Origin: Basidiobolus meristosporus CBS 931.73
Lineage: Eukaryota > Fungi > Basidiobolomycota
Length of the DNA: 64,000 nt
Reading direction: 5' to 3'
Assembly: GCA_002104905.1 (NCBI GenBank)
Contig: MCFE01000084.1
Coordinates: forward strand, 1 to 64,000
Below the pieces are notes generated by a model. The model saw nothing but the letters and a program-made list of their open reading frames with translations, was not told the origin of the DNA and did not search any database. Of this stretch, positions 59,920 through 64,000 are shown one piece after another. Both the position numbers and the translations under genes were made by a program. The stretch's first letter is position 1. The number at the start of each line of letters is the position of its first letter.

Positions 59920-62900
59920 CATAAAAGTAACTAACGCACAAAGTGAGGTTATGCATCAGTGGCTTCATGTAAATCCTTTGATGGCTTTAGTAGTTTGTTA
60001 CCTTTGGAATCATCCAAGAGTGCAGCAGTGGGTCTAGCGTAGGCAATATATTAGGCTTCATTTCTTTGACCTCCTCAGGGACTTGAAATTGTCAACATTT
60101 AAGAATGGGCTTGACGGGTTTGTCAGGTAGATATAATATGGCTCATGGGTATTGGCACAGGTATCTGCCCAACACAGAGTCACCTACACTTAGTAATACA
60201 ACATAGATTGGGGAACAATAGGTATCTGCTGGTAGCAATTGAAGCAAAGTCCTTTTGTCTTACATTCTTCTGAGGTGGGATTCTTCTGCATAGTGTCTAT
60301 ATCCTTTGGCACTGCTTCTGAGTGTCTTCATTTGTGGTGATTGTAGCCTCTCTGATTAGGCATTGTGGGCTTCCCAACTACAAGCATAACTGAGTCATAC
60401 TCAATGGCAATCTTGATGGCTTCTTCAGTAGTCTGAGGTCTTCAATAATTCACTTCCATACAAGTTCTTTCTTTCAACCCATCAATAAAGTATTTAACTT
60501 GGTCCAGAGGGACCATTCTTTCAATTTGTCCTAGTAGATATCTATATTCATAGATGAACTCTTGGACCACTCCTTTCTATCTGAGTGTCTTTAACTTTCT
60601 TCTTGGTAGTATCTGTTGGTATGGGGGCTCAAAGGCATCCTGAATTTCCAACACAAACTCATCCAAGGTAGAGATTGTAGAGCATTCCATCATGGTGGCT
60701 GACCTGATCTTGTTGTGGTACCACTGTAAGGCTTCATCTGCCATGTAAGAGGCTATATAATGTAACTTGCTTTCTGGAGCAATTCCCTGAGCCTTGAAAG
60801 CTTCTTCAATCTGGAAGAGCCAAGTTCCCAGTTCTTCATTGGCTTTACCATTGTACCAGTTGACCTTCACACTAAAGTTGCTATTGACAGGGTTTTGCTG
60901 GCTTTGGGCCACAGTAGTCAGTCCTTGTTGCTGCAGACTAAGGATCTGGAGTAAATGTTGCTGCTAGGCTAGGATTTGTTGCATAGCATTCTTCCATTCT
61001 TGATTTTTGGGCATCTTGAGGGAGGCTTCTTCTTACTTCAGGAGAGAGGTTTCTGGTTCTTGCTGCTACCAGTGTTACAAGTCTTGGTATAAGAGTTGTT
61101 GAGGAATAGAGAGTTTAGCTAGTATTGTATTCACTAAAACTTGACTGATTTTTATTGAGGTTCCAGTAGCTCCCAATATATATTTTGCCAGATCAATTGC
61201 TTACTATTTGTAACTCATAATGTAGGCTGTGGCTGATGACTCATTTGATTGCATCATCATTACCCAATAAGATCCTACTTAATATATCTATTCCTGTCTG
61301 ATAAGGATCTGCTGATTCATTTGCTGACTAATGCTACTGATTTGATAGAAAATACTGATATACAAAAGGTTCACCTTTATCAGCAAGGCTTGCATGCTTG
61401 AGTCTGTCCCTATGCACTAAGTCTTCCCAGATATTGACTTGTTTGTCCACTAGCTGGTAAGTTGCAAGTGGACATTCTCTGATGATCTTGAACAATCCTG
61501 TCCATTGTGGCTCAAACTTGTTCCAAGTGTTGTTTCTTAGCAATACAAAGTTCCCAACTGTCAATGCTTCTGGTGCTATAGTCTTATCAATTCTCTGCTT
61601 CATCTTTTCTGCACTTTGAGATACTTTGGTTAGTGCCTCTTGATGCTGTTGTTCCAGCTGCTGGTGACTACTTGGCTGGCTGAGTTCATCTTCTACAGTG
61701 TTTGTAAGCTTTAGTTGTGTGAGATCTTCTGGAATCCTTGGTTCACATCCATACACTATGTAAAATGGCAATTGCTGGGTGGTATTGTGTACTCTGACTC
61801 TGCATGCAAAGAGTGCTTGGTCTATATACTCATTCCATCTACTAACAATTCCATTTGCATACTTGGCAAGGATATTTCCAAAAAATCTATTAAACCATCC
61901 AGTGACTCATTAGTTCTGGGTTGATATGCCAAGGTATTCAAGTGTTTGATCTGCTGCATTCCTAGGTAAGCTTTCAATATCTTTGCCATGAAGTTTGCAC
62001 ATCTATTGGATAGAATATCTACAAGGCATCCAAACTTAATAAGGATCACATGGTAAATGAAACTTGCAACTTCTTGTTCACTGGCTATAGGTACAGCTTT
62101 AGCCACTGGCCATTTGGTGGCATAGTCAGTTGCTACTAGGATCCAATGTTTGCATTTCCTGGTAGTTTACAGTCTTCCATAAAACTCAATTCCCTGTCTT
62201 GCAAATGGTCTTACAGGCCCCAAGGGAAAGAGTTCAGCAATCCTCTTTGGTTGGCCTTGGTTGATATGGCAATTTGGGCATGTTTTCACTAGCTTCTCAA
62301 TGTCATGTTTCATTCTGGCCCACCATGCTCTGGCTTTCACAAGGCTATAGGTTCCTTCAATTCCAAGATTTCCATATCCATTGTGTAGCTTATGTATCAA
62401 ATTCAGGCAAGCAACATAGGGGCCATAGGCAATAGGGCATCAATCAACTATTTGGTAGAGTGTTTCATCCTGTACTACAAATTAGCTGGCTGCATCCTGG
62501 ATCATCTTCTTGATATCTTTATCCACTTCATTAGGAGTGGCTGGTCCTCCAAGTACTTTGGTAATGGGCTAGGCCACTCTGATTCATGCACCAAGTTGTG
62601 CAACTTGATCTAATCTTGATAATGCCTCAGCATCCGTATTGTTTTTCCCAGGGCAGTGGACAATCTCCAAATCAAATTGCTGAATGTATTCACTCCATCT
62701 TGTCATCCTTTCAGAGAGTACCTTCTGAGCAGATATAAACTTGAAGGAGGCTTGATCAGCCTTTACAGTGCATTTGATTCCTTCAATACAGCATCTCCAT
62801 GTCTTCAAACTGTGTATTATAGCAAGCATCCCCTTCTCACACACTGGATACTTTGTTCTGATGAGTTCAGGTTCTTGGATTCAAAGGCTACTGGGTAGTC

Positions 62901-64000
62901 CTTTCCCTTGTGTTCTTGACTCAACACTCCACCAATTGTACAATCTGAAGCATCTGTGCACAGAGTAAGCTCTTTTCTGAAGCCAGATATTCTTATGCTT
63001 GGCAGCTTAGCAAGTTCATTCTTGAGCATCTGGAAGGCAGTATCACAAGCTATGTCCCACTTGTAGGTATTGTCTTTCTTGAGGATATCAGTTAAAGGGG
63101 CTGCAACACTTACAAAGGACTTGACTAATCTCTAATAATAGGAAACCATTCCAAGAAATGATCCAAGCTCTGATATGCTATGGTGTTTCTTCAGATTCTT
63201 GATAACTTCACCCTTCTTATGGTCTAAAGTTATTCTTCTGCTAGTCACTTTGTGTCCTAGATATTCAACATGTTCCTTAAAGAATTCACACTTGGGCAGC
63301 TTGCCAAAAAGCTTGTTCTCTCCTAGCTTCTTCATGACCTTTTCAATGTGCACCAAGTGATCTTCTTCTGTCTTGCTGTATATCAATAAATCGTCTAGGT
63401 AGATTATCACAAACTCGTCTAAGTACTCCTAAAAGACAGTCTGCATCAGTGTCATGAATGTTGCAGGGGTATTGGTGAGGCCAAAACTCATGACTAAGTA
63501 CTTGTAATGCCCATATCTGGTCCTGAAAGCTGTCTCAGGGATGTCTTCTGGTTTCACCCTAATCTGGTTGTATCCTGACATGAGGTCAATCTTGCTGAAA
63601 ATAGTGGCTCCATTGAGTTGGTCCAAAAGCTCATCAATCCAAGGTATGGGGTACTTATTCTTTAATGTAACTGAGTTGAGAGCTCAGTAGTCAATGCAAA
63701 TCCTAAGTGTTTCATCCTTCTTCTTCACAAAAATTACTGGTGCTCCTCAAGGTGACTTGCTAAGTCTGATATATCCTTGCTCCAGTAGCTGATCTATTTG
63801 ACTCTTCATCTCTTCCAACTCCAATGGACTCATTCTGTAAGATGTCTTACTCACTGAAGGGCTGTCTCCTGTTTTGATGTCATGATCCATGTCTCTGACT
63901 GGTGGTAGTCCTACAAACTCATCTGGAAATACATCTGAATATTCCTTCAAAAGGGTCTGGACCTTCTGGGGTGCTCAAGTAGAGGAATCCTCCTGTAATA
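59920..64000 (-). mobile_element. Two head-to-tail Ty3/gypsy family Z units sharing one LTR: RT-RNase H-integrase (64000-61363), LTR (61073-~61362), PBS, gag (60912-~60150)
   Basis: RT, RNase H and integrase motifs in ORFs 63747-63950, 63429-63626, 63132-63410, 62817-63029, 62167-62400, 61822-62106 and 61334-61771. The LTR matches 51967-52256. The minus strand reads ..GTAACA-C-TGGTAGCAG (PBS-like), then Retrotrans_gag YNGKANEELGTWLFQIEEAF..ASYMADEALQWY. Confidence 0.88.

Overview
Eukaryotic, almost certainly fungal DNA: short GT-AG introns of about 55-140 nt with CTAAC-type branch sites, a chromovirus, and a CrgA/LONRF-like gene. An early-diverging lineage with a repeat-expanded genome is my guess, not a determination. 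The window has two compartments. (1) A gene island at 1-24.2 kb holds the 3' end of a Cu(I)-type P1B ATPase and three tandem single-intron cytochrome P450 genes. It also holds a ~13-exon locus encoding four SH3 domains, a 28-aa proline-rich repeat array and a Cyk3/KY-type transglutaminase-like domain with an intact Cys-His-Asp triad, followed by an intronless RING-RING-LON(N) protein ending in a CaaX box. (2) A CpG-depleted transposon graveyard at 24.2-64 kb could largely be resolved by hand from termini and target-site duplications (TSDs). It contains a complete 3.4-kb two-gene PIF/Harbinger-superfamily element with an ACT TSD plus two broken copies and MITE derivatives. It also contains CACTA transposase relics, a chromovirus inside a four-level nest, a second Ty3/gypsy family in tandem, Ty1/copia fragments, three solo-LTR families and a ~700-bp fold-back. 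No rRNA, tRNA or CRISPR array was seen. All coordinates and alignments were made by eye; no database search was run.
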